From assembly GCA_017516485.1 (NCBI GenBank), contig JAFXCH010000011.1, positions 12,184 through 76,183 on the forward strand: DNA of 64,000 bases, written 5' to 3'. This DNA is from Clostridia bacterium (GTDB lineage Bacteria > Bacillota > Clostridia > Oscillospirales > Acutalibacteraceae). The number at the start of each line of letters is the position of its first letter. The first letter of the stretch is position 1. Shown here piece by piece: positions 19,563 to 26,721 of the stretch. The notes below the pieces were generated by a model. That model saw only the letters and a list, made by a program, of their open reading frames with translations, was not told where the DNA came from and made no database searches. The translations under genes and the position numbers were made by a program.

Positions 19563-19682
19563 GAGAGCAACATCCTTGGCACTGCGGCCAATATGTTTAA
19601 AATCGCAGGACCTGTTATTGTCTACGGCACAACATCCGCATTTATTTACAGTGTGATTTATTGGATAACGATGTTGTTATAA
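19563..19682 (+). pseudogene. orphan 3' fragment of a second spoVAC allele (last ~39 codons only)
   Basis: It encodes ESNILGTAANMFKIAGPVIVYGTTSAFIYSVIYWITMLL*. The intact gene ends EGNILGTAANMFKIAGPVIVYGTAAAFVYGVIYWITTLF*. There is no spoVAC homology upstream of 19563. Confidence 0.75.
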
Positions 19683-19993
19683 ATGCACGGTGTATTTTTT
19701 GATAGATATTTCAATGGATTATTCTCGATATATTCCCAAATCTCGTTATAATCCTGCTGATTCCGTATGCCGTGGTCATAAAACGATTTTTGCCAAATGG
19801 GTCTTCCTATTTGTTTGGTAATAGACCCTTTAAATTGCTTTATTACCCGTGATATCGTAGGGGCGAACTGTGTTCGCCCGTTTTCATCAGTGTTTATGGA
19901 AATTATGAAATGAACATGATCCGGCATAATGCAATATTTATCAACCTTAACCGCATCATACACTGAATTTAATTTTCGAATTTCATTATCCAC
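19658..19993 (-). CDS. IS200/IS605-type Y1 (HUH) transposase of the RAYT-like group, N-terminally truncated
   Basis: HUH motif IMPDHVHFIISI and a Tyr region WQKSFYDHGIRN. The frame is open upstream only to a TAA at about 20050. The usual first ~35 aa (YDY..G.YF.T.CT type) are absent. Confidence 0.7.
   Translation of the reverse strand: MDNEIRKLNSVYDAVKVDKYCIMPDHVHFIISINTDENGRTQFAPTISRVIKQFKGSITKQIGRPIWQKSFYDHGIRNQQDYNEIWEYIENNPLKYLSKNTPCIYNNIVIQ
19861..19882. repeat. REP-like hairpin, copy 1 (inside the RAYT ORF)
   Basis: GGGCGAACTGTGTTCGCCCGTT, with an 8-bp stem GGGCGAAC/GTTCGCCC and a 3-nt loop. All three copies are identical. Confidence 0.8.
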
Positions 19994-20026
19994 AACTATA
20001 CCGATATCAGATAGGGAAACATTGGC

Positions 20027-20048
20027 GGGCGAACTGTGTTCGCCCGTT
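20027..20048. repeat. REP-like hairpin, copy 2 (at the truncation point of the RAYT gene)
   Basis: Identical 22-mer GGGCGAACTGTGTTCGCCCGTT. Confidence 0.8.
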
Positions 20049-20054
20049 TATGAC

Positions 20055-20600
20055 TTAATAATATTCAACCGTATTGCATTTTTCAGAAATAAAGCGTAAA
20101 AATTCATCTGCATTCGACTGTGCTTTGATTTGTTGTATCGGTAGTATGTAAGCACTGATACTGCTGTTGTAAAGAAGAATATATCGGTCTTTGACTACGC
20201 ATATCTTCTCGATTGCCCTGTAGCTTTGTTCGGTGCGTGCAGTTGAGCTTGTTTCTGTGATGCTTTCCTCATTAAACTCATATACAGATTCAAAATCACA
20301 AGGTAGTGTGCCTATTTTTTTCATTCGTTTTATCTGAGCTTTAATGTTGAGCGTGAGTATCTTTTTTAGCAGCAACATATAAATCAAGGTAATCAGTGCG
20401 ACAAATATTGCAAAACCTAAAGATAGCAACGTAAATCTGCATAAAATTAAGAGAAGTACAACCATAAAAGCCATAAGAGCAACAAACAGTATACGGCTTT
20501 TGTTGAGTTGCTTTTTTCCGAGAACAGATTCGAACGAAGTGAATTGACTGAAAGCGAGATAATCTTCTTCAGTAAGATTGATGTTGAATCGAAAAAACAT
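20055..20600 (-). CDS. YcxB-like membrane protein
   Basis: MFFRFNINLTEEDYLAFSQF, two central TM helices, and a C-terminal YILLYNSSISAYILP segment, as in the YcxB family. ATG at 20600 lies 9 nt after AGGAGG. Confidence 0.55.
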   Translation of the reverse strand: MFFRFNINLTEEDYLAFSQFTSFESVLGKKQLNKSRILFVALMAFMVVLLLILCRFTLLSLGFAIFVALITLIYMLLLKKILTLNIKAQIKRMKKIGTLPCDFESVYEFNEESITETSSTARTEQSYRAIEKICVVKDRYILLYNSSISAYILPIQQIKAQSNADEFLRFISEKCNTVEYY

Positions 20601-20631
20601 AATATATAACCTCCTTAAAATCAATTTGTAG

Positions 20632-20653
20632 GGGCGAACTGTGTTCGCCCGTT
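20632..20653. repeat. REP-like hairpin, copy 3
   Basis: Identical 22-mer. It shares an extra GTAG 5' flank with copy 1. Confidence 0.8.
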
Positions 20654-20714
20654 GTTATTTTTATATCAAATTTACTGTAATGTTAATTCCTAATTCCGAA
20701 TTCCTAACTCCTAA

Positions 20715-21344
20715 TTACTTCTTCTTTTCCAGCATCCACTCAAGCAGCTCTTCAGAGAAAGCCTGATCCCAGCAGTCGTGACCTACTCCTTCGTAAAGCG
20801 TGCACTTGGCGTTCGGGTTGGTTTGCTTGAGCTTGTCAAATATATCTGTTGTGTTGCGTGGCAGAACAACGTCGTCGGCAAGTCCGTGAAAAGCCCAAAC
20901 CGGCATTTTCAGCACCGATGCACCCCAGGCTGCACCGCCTCCGCAGCAGGGGGCGATTGCGGCAAACATATCGGGGTATGCCATAGCCGTATTCCACGTA
21001 CCGTAGCCGCCCATACTTATTCCGCAAAGATATACTCTGTCGGTGTCAATCGAAAATTCTTCAATAGCCCGGTCAATAAATTTTTTGATGCTCTCTATTC
21101 TTGCAACCCAGAAGCTTTCGCAGGCACACTGGGGCATAATGAGTATGCAGTCCTTGAGGTTTTCGTCGTTTACAATGTTGGGAAAGCCGTGTACAAGCAC
21201 CTTGTCAAGCTCATCCGTACCGTTGCCTCTTTCACCTGCACCGTGCAGCTGAATTATCAGTGCAGGGTTGTCGCTTAAGGTTTCGGGGATATATGCGATG
21301 TAAGGAAAAATTTTGTCACAGCCTGTCTGTCTTATAACTTTCAT
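20715..21344 (-). CDS. alpha/beta-hydrolase esterase (phospholipase/carboxylesterase-type)
   Basis: Nucleophile elbow GISMGG, HGAGERG near the N-terminus, and a C-terminal GVGHD (His). About 209 aa. Confidence 0.65.
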   Translation of the reverse strand: MKVIRQTGCDKIFPYIAYIPETLSDNPALIIQLHGAGERGNGTDELDKVLVHGFPNIVNDENLKDCILIMPQCACESFWVARIESIKKFIDRAIEEFSIDTDRVYLCGISMGGYGTWNTAMAYPDMFAAIAPCCGGGAAWGASVLKMPVWAFHGLADDVVLPRNTTDIFDKLKQTNPNAKCTLYEGVGHDCWDQAFSEELLEWMLEKKK

Positions 21345-21348
21345 AGCT

Positions 21349-22425
21349 TTACCTCGTTATCTTTCTTATTCTTAAACGGTTTAGTGTGCAGCCGTCTTCA
21401 ACCGAGCCTGCACAGTAGGCGAGCAGTATTTCGCCGCCATCTGTTTCGTGTATTGCGGTGTAGCAGTAGCCCGACCTTTCATCTGTTTCGATTAATTCAG
21501 GTTCTGCAAATGAATTGCCGCCGTCGGTGCTGAATGTGGCTGCAAGCGGAGTGCGTCCACCCGTCCATACACCTTCAACTTCTTCTCTTCTGCCGTTATA
21601 AACAGGTATAGGATTCCATACGGCAATTATTCTGCCGTCCCGAAGCTGTCTTGTCGAAAGCGGAGAAGTCGCACTTGTGAAGTGTGAGGGTGTAGGCTCG
21701 TCCCAGCTTGCACCGTCATCATCGGAAAATGTTTCGTACTGTCTGCCCGAATCATTTCGGATATAGCACCACAGCCTGCCGTCGGGCAATTCAAGCAGTC
21801 CCGGCTCCTGTACACCTGTTGTACAGCCTGCACAGTAGGGCAGGGTAAGCCCCGAAAACAGCTTGTACCAGGTGAATCCGTCATCATCGGATGCAAAGAT
21901 ATAAAGCACACCGGGCAGGATATCGTCGAGAAATTTACTGCCGGGCAGACATACCGTGCCGTGCTTTGCAGCAGGTATAAGTATCCTGCCGCTTATTGTG
22001 CGTACGGGTCGGTCGTTGTTTACTACAAAGTAGCCGCTGTCCTCACTGCATAGTACGGGATTGCTCCATGTCTTGCCCTCGTCACTTGAGCGGATGAGGT
22101 AGCACAGACAGTTGACGGTTTTTGTTTTTGCAAGGAAGAACAGACCTATATCACCGTTTGCCATACGCATAAAGCTTGCAGACATAATGTTGTCTGCATT
22201 CATCTCGGTGTGAGTTATGAGCGGATACGGCTCGCCGAAGCTCTCGCCTCCGTCAGGCGAAATGCTTGCGTATATATCTGCCGCCGCACCGTCGTCGTCA
22301 CCTTCGCCGCCGTAGCGTGAGTATGCAAACATAATATTACCGTTTTTCAGCGTAATAAACGCACCTTCGCTGTTGCGGTTGTTGTCTTTTGATGGTGCAA
22401 AATCGCAAATGATTTTTGTAGTCAT
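21349..22425 (-). CDS. BNR/Asp-box repeat beta-propeller protein (sialidase-like glycoside hydrolase fold)
   Basis: Five Asp-boxes: SPDGGESF, SSDEGKTW, SDDDGFTW, SDDDGASW and STDGGNSF. No signal peptide. ATG at 22425 follows GGAG. Confidence 0.7.
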   Translation of the reverse strand: MTTKIICDFAPSKDNNRNSEGAFITLKNGNIMFAYSRYGGEGDDDGAAADIYASISPDGGESFGEPYPLITHTEMNADNIMSASFMRMANGDIGLFFLAKTKTVNCLCYLIRSSDEGKTWSNPVLCSEDSGYFVVNNDRPVRTISGRILIPAAKHGTVCLPGSKFLDDILPGVLYIFASDDDGFTWYKLFSGLTLPYCAGCTTGVQEPGLLELPDGRLWCYIRNDSGRQYETFSDDDGASWDEPTPSHFTSATSPLSTRQLRDGRIIAVWNPIPVYNGRREEVEGVWTGGRTPLAATFSTDGGNSFAEPELIETDERSGYCYTAIHETDGGEILLAYCAGSVEDGCTLNRLRIRKITR

Positions 22426-22430
22426 ACATC

Positions 22431-24170
22431 TCACTCCAATACAGGTTTGTCGCAGAATTCGATTTCGGGTGCACCCTTGATTGAGTCGGATTCAAATACA
22501 ACAATTTCGTTTTTGCCTTCTTTGAGCAGGGATGCAGGGATGTAGAGCGTTTTCTGCGGGCCGATTTCCCAGTATCTGCCTATGTTGAATCCGTTGACGG
22601 TTACAAAGCCCTTTGTGAAATTGTCGAGTCTGAGGAAGGTGTCTTTTGCCTCGTCAACATTGAGATATCCTCTGTAAAATGCGGACTTTTCTTCAGGCTT
22701 TTTGTCGCTGAATGTGAGCAGATTCAGGTTGTCCATCGGCAGGGGATATACGTTCCAGTTGAAGTGTATTCTGTCATCAATAAGGCATCTGCCTGCGATA
22801 CCTTTTTTCTTCATCATCTTCGGGCCGAAGTTGGTTCTGCCCATATTTTCACAGAGAATTGTGAGTACGTCACCTTGCCTTGCGGTGATGTTAACGCTCA
22901 GCTTCTCGTCGTTTGTGTAAACAATGCCGATGAGGTTTTTGTTGATGTAAATGTGTGCTCTGTCGCCGATTTCGCTGAATGTCAGCTCAACATCATCGTA
23001 ATCGCGGTTAAGGGTTGACTGATACGCGATATAGCCGTAGCCTGTGCCGTAGTGTTCCATACATCTCGGTACGTCGGAATGAATCGGCTTTGAAAGTACA
23101 TCAATCATATCGAAGAAGCCGACGGACTCGCCGAGCGTGATTCTGCCATATGCCTTTTTCTCGCGGTTTGCAGGCACTTCAGGCAGAGGATAGTCGATGT
23201 ATTTTTTGATTACTTCTCTTACTGCGTAGTATTTTGCTGTTGTGTCGCCGCATTCGGTGAGCGGTGCATCGTAATCGTAGCTTGTTACGTCGGGCAGATA
23301 TTTTTCGTAGTGGTTTGCACCTGAGGTGAAGCCGAAGTTTGTACCGCCTATGAACATATACATATTAAGGCTGCCTCGTGCGAGCATATCGTCAACAACT
23401 TTTGCGTAGTCCTCGGCAGAGGTTGTATGGTGCTTTTCGTCACCCCACGCGTCAAACCAACCGTTCCACATTTCCATACACATCTTGGGGCTATCGGGAT
23501 AAAGCTCGTCGTGTGCCTTGAAGTTTTCTTCGACCTTACTGCCGAAGTTGAGCGTTGCTAGGCAGCCGTCGATTGTGCCGTCGAGCAAGTCTTCTTTGCT
23601 TGTACCGTCAGATGTGAAGAGCGGCACATCAATACCTCTGCGTATAAAGCCCTCTTTGAGGTAGTTAAGGTATTCTTTATCGTAACCATAGTAGCCGTAT
23701 TCGTTTTCACACTGCACCATAATTACGTTGCCGCCGTTGGTGCACAGCAGGGGACGTATTTCGTCGCACATACGGTCAAGGTATCGGTCAAAATGCTTTA
23801 TGTAAGCCTTGTTCATACAGCGTATTTCGATATCTTCGTCAGCCTGAATCCACCACGGCAGACCGCCGAATTCCCACTCGGAGCAGATATAAGGTCCCGG
23901 CCTGACAATAGCCATAAGACCCTCTTCACCTGCGGCTTTTATGAAAGATGCAATATCAAGGTTGTTTGTGAAATCGTATACACCGGGCTGCTTTTCGTGC
24001 ATATTCCATGCACAGTAGGTTTCGACACAGTTACAGCCCATTGCTTTGAGCTTTTTGAAAATATCATTCCAGGTGTCGGGCATATTGCGGAAATAGTGCA
24101 CCGCACCCGAAATCAGCTTTATGGGCTTGCCGTTCTTTATAAAATCTTTACCTTTTATTTCAAAAGTCAT
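22431..24170 (-). CDS. beta-galactosidase, glycoside hydrolase family 35
   Basis: Motifs GAVHYFR, VETYCAWNMHEKQPGVYDF and QCENEYG (acid/base Glu). About 579 aa. Confidence 0.85.
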   Translation of the reverse strand: MTFEIKGKDFIKNGKPIKLISGAVHYFRNMPDTWNDIFKKLKAMGCNCVETYCAWNMHEKQPGVYDFTNNLDIASFIKAAGEEGLMAIVRPGPYICSEWEFGGLPWWIQADEDIEIRCMNKAYIKHFDRYLDRMCDEIRPLLCTNGGNVIMVQCENEYGYYGYDKEYLNYLKEGFIRRGIDVPLFTSDGTSKEDLLDGTIDGCLATLNFGSKVEENFKAHDELYPDSPKMCMEMWNGWFDAWGDEKHHTTSAEDYAKVVDDMLARGSLNMYMFIGGTNFGFTSGANHYEKYLPDVTSYDYDAPLTECGDTTAKYYAVREVIKKYIDYPLPEVPANREKKAYGRITLGESVGFFDMIDVLSKPIHSDVPRCMEHYGTGYGYIAYQSTLNRDYDDVELTFSEIGDRAHIYINKNLIGIVYTNDEKLSVNITARQGDVLTILCENMGRTNFGPKMMKKKGIAGRCLIDDRIHFNWNVYPLPMDNLNLLTFSDKKPEEKSAFYRGYLNVDEAKDTFLRLDNFTKGFVTVNGFNIGRYWEIGPQKTLYIPASLLKEGKNEIVVFESDSIKGAPEIEFCDKPVLE

Positions 24171-24300
24171 GTTTTTTTACCTCCCGATTACTCTGCCGTG
24201 ATTATAACAGAAAACAGTGTTATATTCAATGTATAAAATTAAAAAGAAAAAATAACAAAATTTCTTTTTCGGAATTGTAATCATTTGTTAAATATTAAGA

Positions 24301-24329
24301 TTGACACATTTTTTATACTGTAATAAAAT
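24301..24329 (+). promoter_or_regulatory. sigma-70-type promoter for the ECF S-component gene
   Basis: TTGACA, 17 nt spacer, TAAAAT. Only about 25 nt separate it from the ATG, so there is no room for a riboswitch. Confidence 0.5.
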
Positions 24330-24354
24330 TGTAAAAAAGGAAGTGAGCTTTTTA

Positions 24355-24864
24355 ATGAAAAGAAATACCAAAAATCTTGTTTTTGCGGCAATGCTTGCGG
24401 CAGTAACTTGTGTAGCAACACTTGTTATTCATATTCCGTCGCCGCTTCACGGCTACATAAATCTCGGCGATTGCTTCGTGCTTCTTTCAGGCTGGCTGCT
24501 CGGTCCGCTCTACGGCTTCCTTGCCGCAGGTATCGGTTCAGCTCTTGCCGATTTGTTTCTGGGTTATGCTGTTTATGCACCCGTAACATTTGCGGTAAAG
24601 GGGCTTGTTGCGCTTACAGCATATCTGTTGATTAAAACATTCGGAAAAATCAAAAATAAGCCGGTTGCATACGCGCTCAGTGGTGTTATCGCCGAGCTTG
24701 TGATGATTGGCGGATACTATGTTTTTGAGGGATTTATGTATGGCTGGAAAGCGTCCCTTGTCAACATTCCGCCCAACGGAATTCAGGCAGTTGCAGGTAT
24801 TGTCTGCGCAACTTTACTTGTCACTGTTATCAATAAAACAGACGTTTTCAGGAAGAATAAATAA
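24355..24864 (+). CDS. ECF transporter S component (substrate unknown); no EcfA/EcfT adjacent
   Basis: About 170 aa with 5-6 TM helices and the typical N-terminus KNLVFAAMLAAVTCVATLVIHIPSP..GYINLGD. ATG at 24355 follows AAGGAAGTGAG. Confidence 0.7.
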   Translation: MKRNTKNLVFAAMLAAVTCVATLVIHIPSPLHGYINLGDCFVLLSGWLLGPLYGFLAAGIGSALADLFLGYAVYAPVTFAVKGLVALTAYLLIKTFGKIKNKPVAYALSGVIAELVMIGGYYVFEGFMYGWKASLVNIPPNGIQAVAGIVCATLLVTVINKTDVFRKNK

Positions 24865-24878
24865 ATTTAAAAAAGGTG

Positions 24879-24907
24879 TTGACACACCTTGACTCCTGTG
24901 TTATACT
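24879..24907 (+). promoter_or_regulatory. sigma-70-type promoter of the rplU operon
   Basis: TTGACA (24879-24884), 17 nt spacer, TATACT (24902-24907). Confidence 0.55.
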
Positions 24908-24909
24908 AC

Positions 24910-25005
24910 TTAAGCCGCATATTACGGGTTGCACTATAATTGTGCCCAAATCCGCTCTCTCACGGGCGGTACCCCTGAATAGCGAGACTTAATAAAAGAG
25001 GTAGA
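24910..25005 (+). ncRNA. probable L21 ribosomal-protein leader (cis-regulatory 5' UTR)
   Basis: A ~100-nt structured UTR (for example CCGCTCTCTCACGGGCGG) lies between the promoter and rplU. An L21 leader is known at this position in Firmicutes. The fold was not verified. Confidence 0.35.
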
Positions 25006-25008
25006 AAA

Positions 25009-25320
25009 ATGTACGCAATCATTGAGACCGGCGGCAAGCAGTATAAGGTATCTGCCGGCGACACACTTTACATCGAGAAGCTCAATGTTGAAGCTGACAG
25101 CGAGGTTGTCTTCGACAAGGTTATCGCAGTAGGCTCCGACGATTCCATCAAGGTTGGCGCTCCCTACGTTGAGGGTGCAACAGTCACAGCTAAGGCTATC
25201 AAGAACGGTAAGGCAAAGAAGATCGTTGTCTTCACCTACAAGCCCAAGAAGAACGAGAAGCGCAAGATGGGTCACAGACAGCCCTACACTAAGGTTGAGA
25301 TCGCCGCTATCAACGGCTAA
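25009..25320 (+). CDS. rplU: 50S ribosomal protein L21
   Basis: [25 protein letters not shown]... Confidence 0.95.
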   Translation: MYAIIETGGKQYKVSAGDTLYIEKLNVEADSEVVFDKVIAVGSDDSIKVGAPYVEGATVTAKAIKNGKAKKIVVFTYKPKKNEKRKMGHRQPYTKVEIAAING

Positions 25321-25326
25321 TCAGCT

Positions 25327-25650
25327 ATGATTCGCTTTAAGTTTGTCCGTTCGGGCAAGGCTAATATCGGGTTTGAGTGCAGCGGTCACGCAGGTTATGC
25401 CGAGGCAGGTCAGGATATTGTCTGTGCGGCAGTTTCTTCTGCAGCATATCTCACAGCAAACACGATTACGGATTTTCTAAATGTCAGGTCAAAGGCAGAG
25501 GCTGACGATGGCTATATGCTCCTTGAGCTGCTCGAAGAATCCGCAGAAGCCTCAAAGTTGCTTGACGGGCTTGAAGCTCACATCAGGACGCTTGCGAAGG
25601 AATATCCTCGCAGCATCAAAGTAATTTACGGAGGTAACACAAATGCTTAA
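25327..25650 (+). CDS. prp: ribosomal-processing cysteine protease Prp
   Basis: [18 protein letters not shown] motif. Located between rplU and rpmA. Confidence 0.9.
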   Translation: MIRFKFVRSGKANIGFECSGHAGYAEAGQDIVCAAVSSAAYLTANTITDFLNVRSKAEADDGYMLLELLEESAEASKLLDGLEAHIRTLAKEYPRSIKVIYGGNTNA

Positions 25651-25927
25651 GATAAACATTCAGCTTTTTGCTCATAAAAAAGGTATGGGTTCCACCCGTA
25701 ACGGCCGTGATTCCGAGTCCAAGAGACTTGGCGCAAAGCGTGCAGACGGTCAGTTTGTTCTTGCAGGTAACATCCTTGTAAGACAGCGCGGTACACACAT
25801 CCATCCCGGCACAAACGTTGGCAAGGGCTCCGATGACACTCTCTTCGCAAAGGTTGACGGTGTTGTCAGATTCGAGCGTATGGGTCGTGACCGCAAGAAG
25901 GTCAGCGTTTACACTGTTGAGCAGTAA
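25643..25927 (+). CDS. rpmA: 50S ribosomal protein L27 with cleavable N-terminal extension
   Basis: [30 protein letters not shown]. The Prp cleavage-type extension precedes the conserved AHKK. Confidence 0.95.
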   Translation: MLKINIQLFAHKKGMGSTRNGRDSESKRLGAKRADGQFVLAGNILVRQRGTHIHPGTNVGKGSDDTLFAKVDGVVRFERMGRDRKKVSVYTVEQ

Positions 25928-25944
25928 TTTAACTCAATGAAAAA

Positions 25945-25985
25945 GCGGCTGGATTACGTTTTGGTAATTCAGCCGTTATTATTTG
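25945..25985 (+). terminator. rho-independent terminator of the rplU operon
   Basis: GGCTGGATTAC-GTTTTG-GTAATTCAGCC followed by a T-rich tract. Confidence 0.65.
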
Positions 25986-26015
25986 AAAAAATTTTATATT
26001 TTTTTAAAATAAGTA

Positions 26016-26044
26016 TTGACAAATGAGTCAAAATATAATACAAT
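26016..26044 (+). promoter_or_regulatory. sigma-70-type promoter for the tRNA pair
   Basis: TTGACA (26016-26021), 17 nt spacer, TACAAT (26039-26044). It lies 15 nt before the tRNA 5' end. Confidence 0.5.
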
Positions 26045-26059
26045 GAACAAGCTTTTTGT

Positions 26060-26136
26060 GGCGGCATAGCTCAGTTGGCTAGAGCATTCGGTTCATACCC
26101 GAAGTGTCGTAGGTTCGAGTCCCACTGCCGCTACCA
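26060..26136 (+). tRNA. tRNA-Met (anticodon CAT; elongator-like, though a lysidine tRNA-Ile2 cannot be excluded by eye)
   Basis: 77 nt. Acceptor GGCGGCA/TGCCGCT, D-arm AGCTCAGTTGGCTAGAGC, anticodon loop TTCATAC, T-arm GGTTCGAGTCC, encoded CCA. Confidence 0.85.
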
Positions 26137-26169
26137 CACTTAAGTCGGAGCAATAGTTCCGGCTGACCT

Positions 26170-26244
26170 GGCCCGGTGGTCAAGAGGTTAAGACACCGCC
26201 CTTTCACGGCGGTAACACGAGTTCGATTCTCGTCCGGGTCACCA
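26170..26244 (+). tRNA. tRNA-Glu (anticodon TTC)
   Basis: 75 nt. GGCCCGGTGGTCAAGAGGTTAAGAC..., anticodon stem-loop CCGCC-CTTTCAC-GGCGG, T-arm GAGTTCGATTCTC, encoded CCA. Confidence 0.9.
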
Positions 26245-26254
26245 CAAACAAAAA

Positions 26255-26284
26255 AGACAAGCTTTAGGGCTTGTCTTTTTTTGT
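26255..26284 (+). terminator. rho-independent terminator after the tRNA pair
   Basis: AGACAAGC-TTTAGG-GCTTGTCT followed by TTTTTTTG. Confidence 0.75.
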
Positions 26285-26289
26285 TTGAA

Positions 26290-26582
26290 CTAAGTGTGCC
26301 TTGCGGCACATGAAGCAATGCTTCGCATTGTGAAGTTGCTTCGCAGTGAAGTTTGCTCCGCAAGTTTTGGGGCACACTTAACTTCATGTTTTGCTGTAGG
26401 CAAAACACTTCACTATGCCATAAGGGATAACTTCACTTGGGCTTTGCCCAAACTTCACTATATATTTTTAACTTTGCAGAATCGAACTCGGGAGAGTTTT
26501 TGCGTTAAGAAATCGATTCGGTTATATTCGCCACTCAAAACTGTAAACTTAAAGAGTACGCTTTTGCGTGCTCTTCTTTTTT
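26290..26582 (+). other. ORF-less, highly structured region ending in an orphan terminator (candidate small RNA)
   Basis: Nested inverted repeats: TAAGTGTGCC/GGCACACTTA and CTTGCGG/CCGCAAG. Three ~17-nt GTGAAG..GCTTCGC repeats. Three ACTTCACT direct repeats about 22-24 nt apart. Hairpin GAATCGA..TCGATTC. Terminator AAGAGTACGC-TTTT-GCGTGCTCTT plus a T-run (26552-26582). Confidence 0.35.
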
Positions 26583-26721
26583 ATCAGCAAGTTAGATGCT
26601 CCGGAAGTTATTTCCTGCATATTTTCATCGCTTTCTCTTTTTAGATAAAAGTATTACCTAAATCAATAAAATAAATTTAAAATAATGCGGTAATACTATG
26701 AACAGAATTGGAGTGAACAGT

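Noticed and set aside
19374-19682. A 102-aa plus-strand ORF, considered as a real gene.
   Set aside because: Only the last ~39 codons have spoVAC homology. The upstream part is antisense to the lipoprotein gene's 5' end and promoter. It is treated as a gene-tail remnant.
26079-26408. A 109-aa minus-strand ORF.
   Set aside because: It overlaps both tRNA genes and their terminator, and has no RBS.
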